Assembly (NCBI GenBank): GCA_963841735.1
Contig: CAWJDT010000001.1
Coordinates: forward strand, 512,001-576,000
DNA from: an uncultured Actinomycetes bacterium
GTDB lineage: Bacteria > Actinomycetota > Thermoleophilia > RBG-16-64-13
DNA: 64,000 nt
Direction of reading: 5' to 3'
The translations under genes were made by a program, and so were the position numbers. The notes under the pieces were generated by a model that saw nothing but the letters and a program-made list of their open reading frames with translations, did not search any database and had not been told where the DNA came from. This document shows, one piece after another, positions 50,381-60,164 of the stretch. The stretch's first letter is position 1; every line of letters starts with the position of its first letter.

Positions 50381-51484
50381 CTATTTCAACACGTTCGCCA
50401 GCCGTCTTGTCAATCTATAGAGTCCGCCGTAGGCGTTACTGTAATCGGTGAAGTGCGCCTTATCGACAGCCTGTTCAAAATCGGCCCTCGCAAGCCCGAT
50501 CTTCTCGAGAAACACCCCAAGCAAAGGCGGCTCATCTCTTTGCTCTTCGGCCTCCGCTCTCCGCAGAGCTTCGTCGCGCGACATCTTCCCATTCCTGACC
50601 TGAGTGGCGTACCCACCCGTTATCTCACTAAAGCCCCACTTCCTGCACACCAGATAGTCCTTGACTGGATTCACCAGACAGTCCCCATGCTCCAATCCTC
50701 CAGACGGCGGCTCCCACCCAAGCTCGTTTCGCAAAGTCTCCAGCAAGGCCTCTTTCGTCGGATTGACGTATTCGAACAAGTCGACGGTCTTCACTCCAAG
50801 CCCAGCTGCTCCCATTAAGACGTCCCTCACATACTTGTTCCGCACAAGATTCTTGGTGACATCACCGTCAATATAGCCCTGAACCACATTGTAAAAGAAT
50901 GGGATATTGGCATATTTGGAGATACTCATTCCATGAATAGCAGCGGACCACCTGCGTGAGTTTCCCGTGACTATCGTCGAAATGCCGTATTGTTTTGCTA
51001 TTCTGAGAGCGCCTTCTCCTATGATCAGATTGCACGGCGCACAGAAACTCCCGGTTCTCGTCAGGAAGGTTCGGTACAGAGCGAAGAGCGTGGCCTCGCT
51101 GGGCTTCAGTTTGACAAAGTCAACACCCAGCAGCCTGATTGCCGTGTCTACGTTGGCGGCGGCTCTTGCCGACTGAAAGCCGTTATCAAAATTGAAGGCC
51201 AACACGTTCATGTTGTACGTCTTCACACACGTATACAGAACGTACATGCTGTCCTTGCCGCCACTCACCGGTACGAGGCAATCATACGGCCGAGTCTTCC
51301 GCCTGCAAGCAGATAGTCGCCGTTCGAACTGCGCCTGGCGACCGATGAGAGTCTCGCCATCGAGGGCCGCGTACGTCTTCTCGAAGGCTCGGCAGTAGCT
51401 GCATGTCCCGGCGTCGTCGAGGCACACCACCGGAGGCTTCTCAGGAAGAATGCACGTACCGCACCGATGGTGTGGATCCATCAT
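50381..51484 (-). CDS. N-acetyl-sugar amidotransferase-like PP-loop ATPase (WbpG/WbuX family)
   Basis: CGTCILP..CSYC, YDCLVPVSGGKDS, FDNGF, CAPC, LGW..HGDC, RNGKMSRDEAL; RBS GGAGG; visibly more AT-rich. Confidence 0.85.
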   Translation of the reverse strand: MMDPHHRCGTCILPEKPPVVCLDDAGTCSYCRAFEKTYAALDGETLIGRQAQFERRLSACRRKTRPYDCLVPVSGGKDSMYVLYTCVKTYNMNVLAFNFDNGFQSARAAANVDTAIRLLGVDFVKLKPSEATLFALYRTFLTRTGSFCAPCNLIIGEGALRIAKQYGISTIVTGNSRRWSAAIHGMSISKYANIPFFYNVVQGYIDGDVTKNLVRNKYVRDVLMGAAGLGVKTVDLFEYVNPTKEALLETLRNELGWEPPSGGLEHGDCLVNPVKDYLVCRKWGFSEITGGYATQVRNGKMSRDEALRRAEAEEQRDEPPLLGVFLEKIGLARADFEQAVDKAHFTDYSNAYGGLYRLTRRLANVLK

Positions 51485-51867
51485 GCCTCCTGATCGTCGG
51501 CCCACGACTCCTGGAAACTCTGCCGCACCTCCGCCAGCGTAGCAGTTCGAAAGGATGCTTGTGCGAGCCGCTTGGGCGCCGAACCGGACAGAACATGGCG
51601 GGCCGTTCCTGCCCGAATCGGATGGTATAGTTGCTTTCGGGCTACTTGCAGTCCTCTGGTGAACAACCAGTTCAGACATCCATCGCGGGAAGGGGCAGAG
51701 ACTGTCACGCTATTCAAGCGGTCTATCATGCGCTTCACATTCAGCGCGGCGATTTCATTGACTATGTACTCTTGGTTCCATGGGTCTTCTCTCTCGGGCC
51801 TGAATCACGGCAAATGCGTCCTTTCACTTCGCCGTCAAACACCCCGATCTAGGGCGTGCTCGTCACT

Positions 51868-52932
51868 ATGATGAAATCGGAGCCTGTTATTGATCCGGTG
51901 ACCCTCTTTGTCTGCCCCGATTGCAGATCGCCGCTAACGCGGTCGGCTGAGACGTATCTGTGCCCGGCTTGTCAGAGTGCCTGGGAAGTTGTCTCCGGTA
52001 TTCCCCAGTTTGGCAACAGAGCGCTTGACTGGTCGGTCTTCCCCAAGACCGTTGCTGGTGCAGTCACGGACATGGCCGAGCGGACCAGTTGGCTCGAAGC
52101 CATAGAAACGCATGCTGACGAGGTCGGTGCCTATACGCTCAAGTACATCCAGGACGAGTCACGGGCAGACTGGCACGTGCTTCTTCCTCTTGGACCCGAA
52201 GCGGTTGCACTAGACCTGGGGAGCGGCTGGGGCAACATTGCCTTGAGTGTTGCGCAACGGTGTGGGCGGGTCTACTGCGGTGATGTGAATCTGATCAATC
52301 TGCGGCTGCTTCGAGCCAGGATGGCCGACCGAGAGATCCACAACGTTGTGCCATTTCAGTACGACCCATACGAGTTCTTGCGGCTTCCCTTCCCAGACTC
52401 CTCGGTTGACGTCGTGCTCCTGAACGGAGTGCTCGAATGGATCGGCGCCGTCGACAACGACGCATCCCCGGCACGCATGCAACTCGAAGCCCTGATCGAG
52501 ATCAGGCGAGTACTCAAGACGGGCGGGGCCCTTTATATCGGCATCGAGAACCGCTGCGCTGTCTCGGCGTTTCGCGGATTTGGGCCGCACGGAGAGCTTC
52601 CGTACGTAGGCCTGTTACCCCGCTGGCTGTCAAATGCGATAACCCAGATAGTGAGACACAAGCCACACCGCACCTATATATACTCCCTCGGAGGGTACCG
52701 GAGACTCCTGCGGAAAGCAGGGTTTTCGTCACCCGAGTTCTTCTGGCCCTATCCCAACTATCACCATCCCCACTACTTGATCCCGCTACGGCCGAGGTGG
52801 GTCAAGCGATTCTGGCTGAACGAGTTATCGACCAGCCGGTCAAGCAAGTACCGCATTGCACGGAGCATGGGGTTGTCTCGGCTGCCTTTCCACTGGTTCG
52901 CCTCCAGCTATGGCATCAGGAGCGTCAAGTGA
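51868..52932 (+). CDS. Class I SAM methyltransferase with Trm112-like N-terminal zinc ribbon
   Basis: CPDCRSPL..CPAC..GIP, LDLGSGWG, NGVLEW, LKTGGALYIGIENR. Confidence 0.88.
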   Translation: MMKSEPVIDPVTLFVCPDCRSPLTRSAETYLCPACQSAWEVVSGIPQFGNRALDWSVFPKTVAGAVTDMAERTSWLEAIETHADEVGAYTLKYIQDESRADWHVLLPLGPEAVALDLGSGWGNIALSVAQRCGRVYCGDVNLINLRLLRARMADREIHNVVPFQYDPYEFLRLPFPDSSVDVVLLNGVLEWIGAVDNDASPARMQLEALIEIRRVLKTGGALYIGIENRCAVSAFRGFGPHGELPYVGLLPRWLSNAITQIVRHKPHRTYIYSLGGYRRLLRKAGFSSPEFFWPYPNYHHPHYLIPLRPRWVKRFWLNELSTSRSSKYRIARSMGLSRLPFHWFASSYGIRSVK

Positions 52933-53960
52933 CCGCCGAGGATCTGATCTGTCAACTGACCATTCGGCACTGGGATTCCCTGCGCCCAGGAGAGCCTGTT
53001 CCGAAAACCCTGGTGCCTCTTAAGGTCTTGGGAAAGACGTCGGCGAATGCCAACATCGTCTGCCTGGTCCTCGACGGTATCCGTCGCCGCCCAGTCGCCG
53101 TTGCCAAGATCCCTCGAAATCCATGCCAGACGGCCGGCGTTGAGCGCGAGCACGACGCGATGGTGCACTTGCGAGGCGGAGCGAAGAACTCAGACATTCT
53201 GACGTCTACCACCTGTCGAGGAGTACTGGTCGACGCGGGTGAGACCAAGATCCTTCTGCAGGACGCTGCAGCGGGCAAGGCGCTTGTAAGCGGGATGACC
53301 TCGGATTCCCGGACCAAGAAGCTCTACGACAGGGTTCTGCCGTGGATGTATGCGTTCCACCTGGACACCGCGGAGACATGCGTCCTCGAAGGTGAGTCGC
53401 TGCGCACCTTGGTGGAGGCGCCCATCACGCGCTTCTTCAAGGAGTTCGCGGCTCTGTCGACGGAGGTCTTATCGCCTGAGGCTTGCGACCACCTACACAG
53501 GTTGCCCGGGGTCGCCGCAGGACGGACAGTGAGTCTCTGTGCACAACACGGTGACTTCAACGCTCACAACGTACTTGTTGACGACAGTGCCCGCACCGGA
53601 ACGGGCTTCAGCGTAATCGACTGGGAAGACTTCCGGCCTCGCCAACTCCCCGTCCATGACTTGAATCACTTCTTCACGTCCAATTCGTATCTGCTGGGTG
53701 CGGGCGCACCTCCCGAGGAGTCCTACTCCAGATTCGTCCTGAGCGAGGGTTGGTATCGTGAGTTGTTCGTCGGCGCTATTGGCCGGTATCAGTCGCTGGG
53801 CATAGTCGATTCCGAGACATTCTCTTTGCTGACACCGCTCTACTTCGTCGGCCAGTGTCTTCGCATGACCGAGGTCCAACGCGAGCAGCAACATACGGCC
53901 TCGGTCTGGATGAAGCGCATGAACTGTTTTGTGAAGTCTCTTCTGAGCCCGATTCCGTGA
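52929..53960 (+). CDS. APH/choline-kinase-like phosphotransferase
   Basis: VAKIPR..ERE, QHGDFNAHNVL (Brenner motif), VIDWE; GTGA overlap with the methyltransferase. Confidence 0.85.
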   Translation: MTAEDLICQLTIRHWDSLRPGEPVPKTLVPLKVLGKTSANANIVCLVLDGIRRRPVAVAKIPRNPCQTAGVEREHDAMVHLRGGAKNSDILTSTTCRGVLVDAGETKILLQDAAAGKALVSGMTSDSRTKKLYDRVLPWMYAFHLDTAETCVLEGESLRTLVEAPITRFFKEFAALSTEVLSPEACDHLHRLPGVAAGRTVSLCAQHGDFNAHNVLVDDSARTGTGFSVIDWEDFRPRQLPVHDLNHFFTSNSYLLGAGAPPEESYSRFVLSEGWYRELFVGAIGRYQSLGIVDSETFSLLTPLYFVGQCLRMTEVQREQQHTASVWMKRMNCFVKSLLSPIP

Positions 53961-55132
53961 GAATACTGTTCACAGCGCCGTTCTGGTCACCGGCCGTCAA
54001 CTCCATCGCCTGGGGCCCGATCTACCTTGCCAGCCAGGGACACGACGTGCTTGTTATCACCGCACAGGCGGCTCGCTCCCTCAAGGGGGCTGTCAGTGCG
54101 CCTCAGTCCGAATTCGTGCGGGGGGCCGAGTTCTTCCGGCCCTATGAGAGCTCCGACGATCTCGCCCGGCAGCCGAAGACCTGCTGGTCGATCGTCAGCC
54201 AGAAGGCCGCCGAATTCAGTCCCGAGGTCGTCGTAGGATTCGGTGATCCCTTCTACCGGCTCCCGCTGCGATTGAGCCGGCACTGCAAGGTCCCACTCGT
54301 CATGTTCTTCGAATACTTGAGACCGATCAACTTCTCCCTGCCCGTGCGCGGATCGGGTAGGCTGCGGCGACTGTCGCCTTCCTTGTATCGTCTCTGTTCG
54401 AGGTCTTTCCGCCGCCATTTGGTGGGCCGTTGCGCCAGCGTCATGTTCTCCTATTACGGCGATCTCTCCCTAGCCCCTGAAATCGAAGCCGATTGTCCGG
54501 TGGTCCGCTTTGTCCCCTGGTGTGCCGAGACCAATGCCATACTTGGCGAGACGCGGACTCAGCCACCCAAAGACCGGACTACCGGTGTGTACATCGGTAG
54601 TCTCACTCCCTTCAAGAACGCGGCCGAACTCGTCCAAGCCATCCCGGTAATCCTTGACGGCACCCGCACTGACCGATTCGTGGTGGTCGGACCAGGTCCA
54701 TACGCCTCCGCCATCCAGCAACTGACTCGAAGATACCCTGGCCGCCTGGAATACATCGAGTCACTGCCCCGGGTCGATGCTTTGAACCTCCTTGAATCCG
54801 CCGGCTACGCCTACACTCCTGTTACGGATTGTGGGCTAGGTTTCATCGGCGACTCTTGGGGTTGCGGGACTCCGCTGGTCACTACCCATGATCTGGAGGG
54901 CTTCCTGCAAAACGGACGCGACAGTCTTGTCGCGGATGGTGTCTCCGATCTGCCAAGAGTCATCAACAGCGTCATCGGGTCTGACGACATCTTCACGCGA
55001 CTGCAGCAGGAAGGCCGGGCTCGATATGTCCGGGACCACAGTGCTGAGTCCGTGGGGAAGCAGTATCTAGCAGTTCTGAGCCAAGTCGTTAGCTCGCCTG
55101 ACACTCCTCAAGCTGGGCACAGAGAGAAGTGA
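53957..55132 (+). CDS. Glycosyltransferase family 4 (divergent)
   Basis: VRILF..GHDVLVI, YIGSL..FKN, VVGPGP, GFIGDSWGCGTPLV (atypical EX7E region). Confidence 0.75.
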   Translation: MRILFTAPFWSPAVNSIAWGPIYLASQGHDVLVITAQAARSLKGAVSAPQSEFVRGAEFFRPYESSDDLARQPKTCWSIVSQKAAEFSPEVVVGFGDPFYRLPLRLSRHCKVPLVMFFEYLRPINFSLPVRGSGRLRRLSPSLYRLCSRSFRRHLVGRCASVMFSYYGDLSLAPEIEADCPVVRFVPWCAETNAILGETRTQPPKDRTTGVYIGSLTPFKNAAELVQAIPVILDGTRTDRFVVVGPGPYASAIQQLTRRYPGRLEYIESLPRVDALNLLESAGYAYTPVTDCGLGFIGDSWGCGTPLVTTHDLEGFLQNGRDSLVADGVSDLPRVINSVIGSDDIFTRLQQEGRARYVRDHSAESVGKQYLAVLSQVVSSPDTPQAGHREK

Positions 55133-55142
55133 GGCGGTTGAA

Positions 55143-55784
55143 ATGGAGAGCGTGAAGCTGATACTGCGTAACCTCTCCAGAAGAGTCGCTGGCCTCCCTA
55201 CCAGAAGAACCTACGTCTCACTTGATATGGGCAAGTGCACGAGCCTCGACCCCAATCTGGAAATCCACGCGGGGACTCTGGCTATCGGCGACTACACCTA
55301 CTTTGGGCCCGGCAGGATCTCGAGTCTCCCCGAGACCAGGATCACGGTGGGCAGATTCACGTCGGTCGCCGCCGGGGTGCAGATCATCGGGGCGCTTCAC
55401 AGAAGCCACCTCTCAAACTACAGCTTCACTCGGTTGTTGCCTTCCGACCAGTCGGAGGCCCTCCGCCACGGCACGTCCCGGGGGGACATCGCCATAGGAA
55501 ACGACGTCTGGATAGGCACAAACGCAATCGTGCTTTCGGGAGTCACGATCGGTGATGGGGCGGTGATAGGCGCGGGCGCCGTGGTGACAAACAACATCCC
55601 GCCATATTGCGTGGCGGTCGGCGTTCCCGCTCAGGTCCAGCGCAAACGTTTCTCCGACGAGGACATCGCGCTCCTTCTTGAGCTGCGTTGGTGGGACTGG
55701 GAGTTCGAAAGGATAGAGAGGAACGCCCGCCTGTTCTATGACGAGACCCTGTCGGTGAGAGACTTCATTGCGACTGCTGAGTAG
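55143..55784 (+). CDS. CatB/Vat-related hexapeptide O-acetyltransferase
   Basis: IGNDVWIGTNAIVLSGVTIGDGAVIGAGAVVT..VGVPA, LRWWDW. Confidence 0.9.
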   Translation: MESVKLILRNLSRRVAGLPTRRTYVSLDMGKCTSLDPNLEIHAGTLAIGDYTYFGPGRISSLPETRITVGRFTSVAAGVQIIGALHRSHLSNYSFTRLLPSDQSEALRHGTSRGDIAIGNDVWIGTNAIVLSGVTIGDGAVIGAGAVVTNNIPPYCVAVGVPAQVQRKRFSDEDIALLLELRWWDWEFERIERNARLFYDETLSVRDFIATAE

Positions 55785-55828
55785 CGTGACGAGCGCCGCG
55801 CGCTGCAAGGACATGCGGCGGGGCACTC

Positions 55829-57385
55829 TTGGCTAGACGGGGCCAAGACACTGCCTCAGGGCCGAGTGGCGGCTCCAAGTCATTGCTGGATTCGACACGG
55901 AGCGGGTCCCTGGTGGCCGGCCCGGCGCAGTTGGCCGCAAGGATCTTGGGCCTCGTCACGACCGTCGTACTCGCGCGCACGCTCTCAGTCGATGAGTTCG
56001 GCATCTACAATCTGCTCGCGGGTGCGACTGTAATCCTCGGACTGTTTACCAATGCCGGTCTGGGCAGCGCTCTCCAGAGATTCGTGCCCGAATACTTCAG
56101 GGCCCACCAGTACGCCCGTCTGCTCAAGACCTTCTTCTTCGGCCAGGTCGCTAGGGCAGTGTCGGGCGTGATACTGGTCGCCCTGCTGGTCGGTCTCTTC
56201 GACTACTACGCTCCGTTGCTCAACCTGCAGGGCTATCGCTTCGCGTTCGTCATCTTCTCCCTGAACTACCTGGCCTTCTGCCAGATCGAGTACCTGCAGA
56301 TCACCTTCCAGGGCTTACTCATGCAGTTGTGGGCCGCATTCGGAGACGCGGCGTATATGGCCATAAGGCTGGTGTTGGTTCTCATCTTTCTGTTGGGACT
56401 TGGCGGCAAGCTTACCAGCGTCTTCTTCGCCGAACTGATCGCTGCCGTCACCATAAGCATGGTCATGTGGGCCTTGTTTATCGCGAAAGTGTACCGGCCT
56501 CTAAGAGGTCTCGGCGAGGGGCCTGGAACGATCGAAAAGCGGCGGGTGGCGCGCTTCTCGTTGCTGAGCGCCGCCACGATCCCTGGGACGTTCATCTTCG
56601 GCTATGGCAGCGACTACTTCGTTGTCGGCGCGATGGCGGCCGCTGACAAACTCGGCATCTATACTCTGGCGTCGCGGGCCATCACGATGCTGATGGTGCT
56701 GGCGCCATCACATCTCCTGCAGAACGTCATGCGGCCGGTCTTCTACCACCGCTATTACTCGGTAGACGACAAGAAGGCCGAGATGAACCGCATGTTCAAC
56801 TCGATGGTGGTTATCATAGCGGCCATTGTCGTGCCCATGCTCGCCTTAGTGGGCGCGCAGGCGAAAGACCTGCTTACGTTGGTGTTCGGGCAGGAGTTCG
56901 CAGCCTCAGCTCCCATCTTCCTTGTATTCGTCGCGTTTAACGTCTTCTCTATTCTGGAGCTACCGAGCGACTTGGCACTGCAGGCGGTGGAGAAGGTGCA
57001 GGCCCGCTTGTACGCGCAGATCTTCGCCATATACAACATAGTGGCCGCGGTTCTCTTGATGCGAGTCATGGGCCTCGTTGGCGTAGCGCTGGCGACCGGC
57101 AGCGCGTACATGGCCAAGTGCCTCATGTGGTACGTGATGGCCCGCCATTGGGCCGGGGTCCGGATCCGCTGGGCGCCCTTGGCCAAGATCACCATGAATG
57201 CCGCCGTGGCAGGTGGCGTAGCATATGGGGTAGGTCGCTTGGGCGATTCTGCCGCATGGGCGCTTGTCTCCATCGTGATCGGGCTGGTCGTGTACCTTGG
57301 CATGGCAACTGTCAACGGCTTTCTTGATGACAGCGAAAAGGCACTGGTCAACAGATTCTTCAAGAGGCGGATCTTCCGTGGCTAG
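55829..57385 (+). CDS. wzx: Second Wzx-type flippase (MOP superfamily)
   Basis: LARTLSVDEFGIY, RFVPEY, SDYFVVG..LGIY, LVFGQEF, GVALAT; about 12-14 TM helices. Confidence 0.85.
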   Translation: MARRGQDTASGPSGGSKSLLDSTRSGSLVAGPAQLAARILGLVTTVVLARTLSVDEFGIYNLLAGATVILGLFTNAGLGSALQRFVPEYFRAHQYARLLKTFFFGQVARAVSGVILVALLVGLFDYYAPLLNLQGYRFAFVIFSLNYLAFCQIEYLQITFQGLLMQLWAAFGDAAYMAIRLVLVLIFLLGLGGKLTSVFFAELIAAVTISMVMWALFIAKVYRPLRGLGEGPGTIEKRRVARFSLLSAATIPGTFIFGYGSDYFVVGAMAAADKLGIYTLASRAITMLMVLAPSHLLQNVMRPVFYHRYYSVDDKKAEMNRMFNSMVVIIAAIVVPMLALVGAQAKDLLTLVFGQEFAASAPIFLVFVAFNVFSILELPSDLALQAVEKVQARLYAQIFAIYNIVAAVLLMRVMGLVGVALATGSAYMAKCLMWYVMARHWAGVRIRWAPLAKITMNAAVAGGVAYGVGRLGDSAAWALVSIVIGLVVYLGMATVNGFLDDSEKALVNRFFKRRIFRG

Positions 57386-58688
57386 ACTCGACCTCGACGC
57401 CCTCAAGAGATGCGCAACCAAGTTGCTGGGGCCGAGGGCCACTCGTAGCCTTGCGGCACTTGGCAACGCGGTCAGCTCACAGGCGCGAAGAGGCGTCCGC
57501 AGATTGGGGGGCGAGGGGACAAAGCCCCCGCAGTTGAAGGCACGACAGTTCTCACTGACCCAAGCCCACGTCTTCTTTGGGTACTACGACGTGTCTCCAT
57601 TTGACGCGAAGGAAGAGCTACTACTGGCCTGCGCTGCCTCCATACCCCTCAAGACACCCGGAACCACCGACCAACTCCGGGTAGGCTTCTTCGACTTGAG
57701 ACAGGAGCTTCCTACATTCCAGGAATTCGGCACGACTACCACGTGGTGCTGGCAGCAAGGATGCAGGCTCCAATGGTACCCACGTCTCAGCGAGAGTGCG
57801 GTGATCTACAATTGTCTTGTCGAAGGGCGCTATGGCTGCGTTGTCCGCGACGTGCAAAGCGGCCGAGTTCTAAAGACTATGACTTCGCCAACCTACGCGA
57901 TCAGCCCTGACGGGAGCCGGGGCCTGTCACTCGACTTCTCCCGACTCCACCGCCTACGTCCGGGCTATGGATACACCACCTTGGCGGACGCAACAGCCAA
58001 TGACCCCGAGCCAGCCGAGAGCGGCATCTGGCTGATTGACATGGATTCAGGCGAGCGAGAGCTCCTGCATAGCCTGCGTGACCTCGCGGCGAACAACCAC
58101 CCGGGCCCATCGTCCGAGGCCCAACATTACGTCAATCATCTGCTCTTTAATCCGAGCGGCAACCGCTTTCTTTTCTTTCATGCCTGGACGAACACCGCCG
58201 GCCGAAGAAGCACACGTCTGCTCACGAGTGACGTCGACGGCGGCAACCTCTGTTTGCACGCAGCTCCAGGGAATGCATCCCACTACGTTTGGAAAAACGA
58301 CGAAGAACTCCTCTGCTCTTTTGTGGCGCCTGACGCGACAACGAACTACCTCCAAGTCAATGCCGTCACGGGCCAATCCTGGACCGTCGACCCTCTCAAG
58401 CTTGCGCGAGACGGTCACCCTTCCTTCTGTCTTGATGGCACGGCGGTACTTCTCGACACATATCCGGACAGATGCTGCAACAGTCAGCTACTCGTGTACC
58501 ACTTGGACGGAAGAGGGGCTGACGCGATACATACGGAGTTCATACCATCGACCCTCCGCGGGGAGTTCAGGTGCGATCTGCACCCCCGGATAGCGCTCTC
58601 TGGAAAGCAGATCTGCATCGACAGCGTCGCTGGCAGTCGGCGCGTCATCAAACTGGTTATGACCGACTGGGGGCGCCCAGGTAGATGA
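57378..58688 (+). CDS. Conserved glycan-locus beta-propeller protein (TolB/oligogalacturonate-lyase-like)
   Basis: HVFFGYYD.SPF, W..QQGCRLQW, RLRPGYGY, NHLLFNPSG.RF, DGHPSF, DTYPD, RCDLHPR. Confidence 0.65.
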   Translation: MARLDLDALKRCATKLLGPRATRSLAALGNAVSSQARRGVRRLGGEGTKPPQLKARQFSLTQAHVFFGYYDVSPFDAKEELLLACAASIPLKTPGTTDQLRVGFFDLRQELPTFQEFGTTTTWCWQQGCRLQWYPRLSESAVIYNCLVEGRYGCVVRDVQSGRVLKTMTSPTYAISPDGSRGLSLDFSRLHRLRPGYGYTTLADATANDPEPAESGIWLIDMDSGERELLHSLRDLAANNHPGPSSEAQHYVNHLLFNPSGNRFLFFHAWTNTAGRRSTRLLTSDVDGGNLCLHAAPGNASHYVWKNDEELLCSFVAPDATTNYLQVNAVTGQSWTVDPLKLARDGHPSFCLDGTAVLLDTYPDRCCNSQLLVYHLDGRGADAIHTEFIPSTLRGEFRCDLHPRIALSGKQICIDSVAGSRRVIKLVMTDWGRPGR

Positions 58689-60154
58689 GCATCGCCCGGC
58701 CGACAAGAGTCAAACGGCGCGGTGGAGTCACCGTAGTCTTCCTACTGCTCGCCTGTTGCATTCTCGCAAGCATCGCCGTTCTGTCGGTTCGTCCGGTCTA
58801 CGTCGGAGCCTTCATTCTGCTCCTTGCCGCAGTCACCTACATGAGTCTGAACCTTCCCAGAAGGCGAGTGTGGGCGCTTCTCGCGTTCATCACTTTCCCC
58901 GTGACTATCCAGATGGGTGGAAACGATGCCTTTTCTAGCGGCACGCTTCTCATCGGCATTATGCTTCTCATCCTATGGGCGACCCGCGGGACGAGAGCTT
59001 TCCAAGAAGACAGGACCCTTTTACTGTTGCTGTGCGCTTTGGTGTTGGCCGGTGCGCTTGGGCTGGTAACCGGGCTACAACGAGAGTACTGGGGCATCGG
59101 CGCCCGTCACTGGCTGGATCTCGTCTCATCTGTGGGCGGGATGACACTGATTGTCTGCTGGGCTCGGGGGTCCGAGAGATCGCGCCGCGCCTACGTTGAG
59201 GCAGTGATAACCAGCCTACTGTCTGTCGCCGCCCTCCATGTCGTCCTCAGTCTCATACTCAGACAGTGGCCCGAAATCGAGTCACACCTCTCCATCTTTC
59301 TCGCAAGAGGCCAAGAAAGCCTTGGGCGCTTGACAGCTGAGGGCTCCTACGCCCGCGCTACGACCTTGTTCACTAGGGGTGAGGAGTTCGGCGAGCTACT
59401 ACTGGTCCTTTTCCCCTTCGGCCTGTACAAGCTGTTCACCAGCCGAGTGGTGTTCTATCTCCCCCTCACACTGCTTTTGGTCGTGGGCGCGGTCTACTCC
59501 GGCACGCGCTCATCGCTCCTGTTGATACTGCTGCAGGCACTTGTGTTCTCCACCCTGTTGGTGTTCCGCCGCGCACGCGGGAAGAACCTCATGGTTGCTG
59601 TTGCCACTCTCCTACTTCTCGCGGCTAGTGCGACCTTCATCACTTCGATCCTCGACACAACCATATCGAGGCTCACCATGTCTGCTGAACTCGTACAGCA
59701 AGGGAATTCCTTGACCGCCATATTGAACAGGGATCTGGTTTGGTCGCCAGCATACGCGATAACCAAGAGTACTCTGTCATGGTTCGGCCACGGACCGGTT
59801 CAGGCTTATGCGACCGGTCTGGGCAACTACAACTTCCATTCCCTTTACATGACGTGGATCTACCAATTCGGCATTGTTGGAACCCTCATCTGGGTGGCCT
59901 TCTTCGCCCATCTGGGCCGACGCCTTTGGTCGGCCGCTCACATGGTGCGGCTCAGAGGAGGCAGGGAAGCCCTTCTCTCAGGCGCGTGCTTCCTCTCCCT
60001 CCTCTGCTTTCTTGTGAACGAGGTCAAGTTTGAGTTCAATCGCGGCGACAGCTACCAACAGGTGGTGTGGCTGATTTTCGGCCTCATCTACGTGGCTGCG
60101 GACAGTGTCAAGCGCTCGGCGGCGGCCGAGCAAAACCGCCTGACTCGGCAGTAG
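58685..60154 (+). CDS. Second O-antigen polymerase/ligase-like protein (Wzy-like)
   Basis: Multi-TM; SGTRS, NR..VW, FGHG, FHSLY..QFGIVG. Confidence 0.78.
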   Translation: MSIARPTRVKRRGGVTVVFLLLACCILASIAVLSVRPVYVGAFILLLAAVTYMSLNLPRRRVWALLAFITFPVTIQMGGNDAFSSGTLLIGIMLLILWATRGTRAFQEDRTLLLLLCALVLAGALGLVTGLQREYWGIGARHWLDLVSSVGGMTLIVCWARGSERSRRAYVEAVITSLLSVAALHVVLSLILRQWPEIESHLSIFLARGQESLGRLTAEGSYARATTLFTRGEEFGELLLVLFPFGLYKLFTSRVVFYLPLTLLLVVGAVYSGTRSSLLLILLQALVFSTLLVFRRARGKNLMVAVATLLLLAASATFITSILDTTISRLTMSAELVQQGNSLTAILNRDLVWSPAYAITKSTLSWFGHGPVQAYATGLGNYNFHSLYMTWIYQFGIVGTLIWVAFFAHLGRRLWSAAHMVRLRGGREALLSGACFLSLLCFLVNEVKFEFNRGDSYQQVVWLIFGLIYVAADSVKRSAAAEQNRLTRQ

Positions 60155-60164
60155 GGAGATAGCT

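Noticed and set aside
52929-53960. Aminoglycoside resistance kinase
   Set aside because: APH fold only; it is translationally coupled to glycan genes.
55143-55784. Chloramphenicol or streptogramin resistance gene
   Set aside because: A hexapeptide acetyltransferase embedded between a GT and wzx; glycan O-acetylation is the simpler reading.
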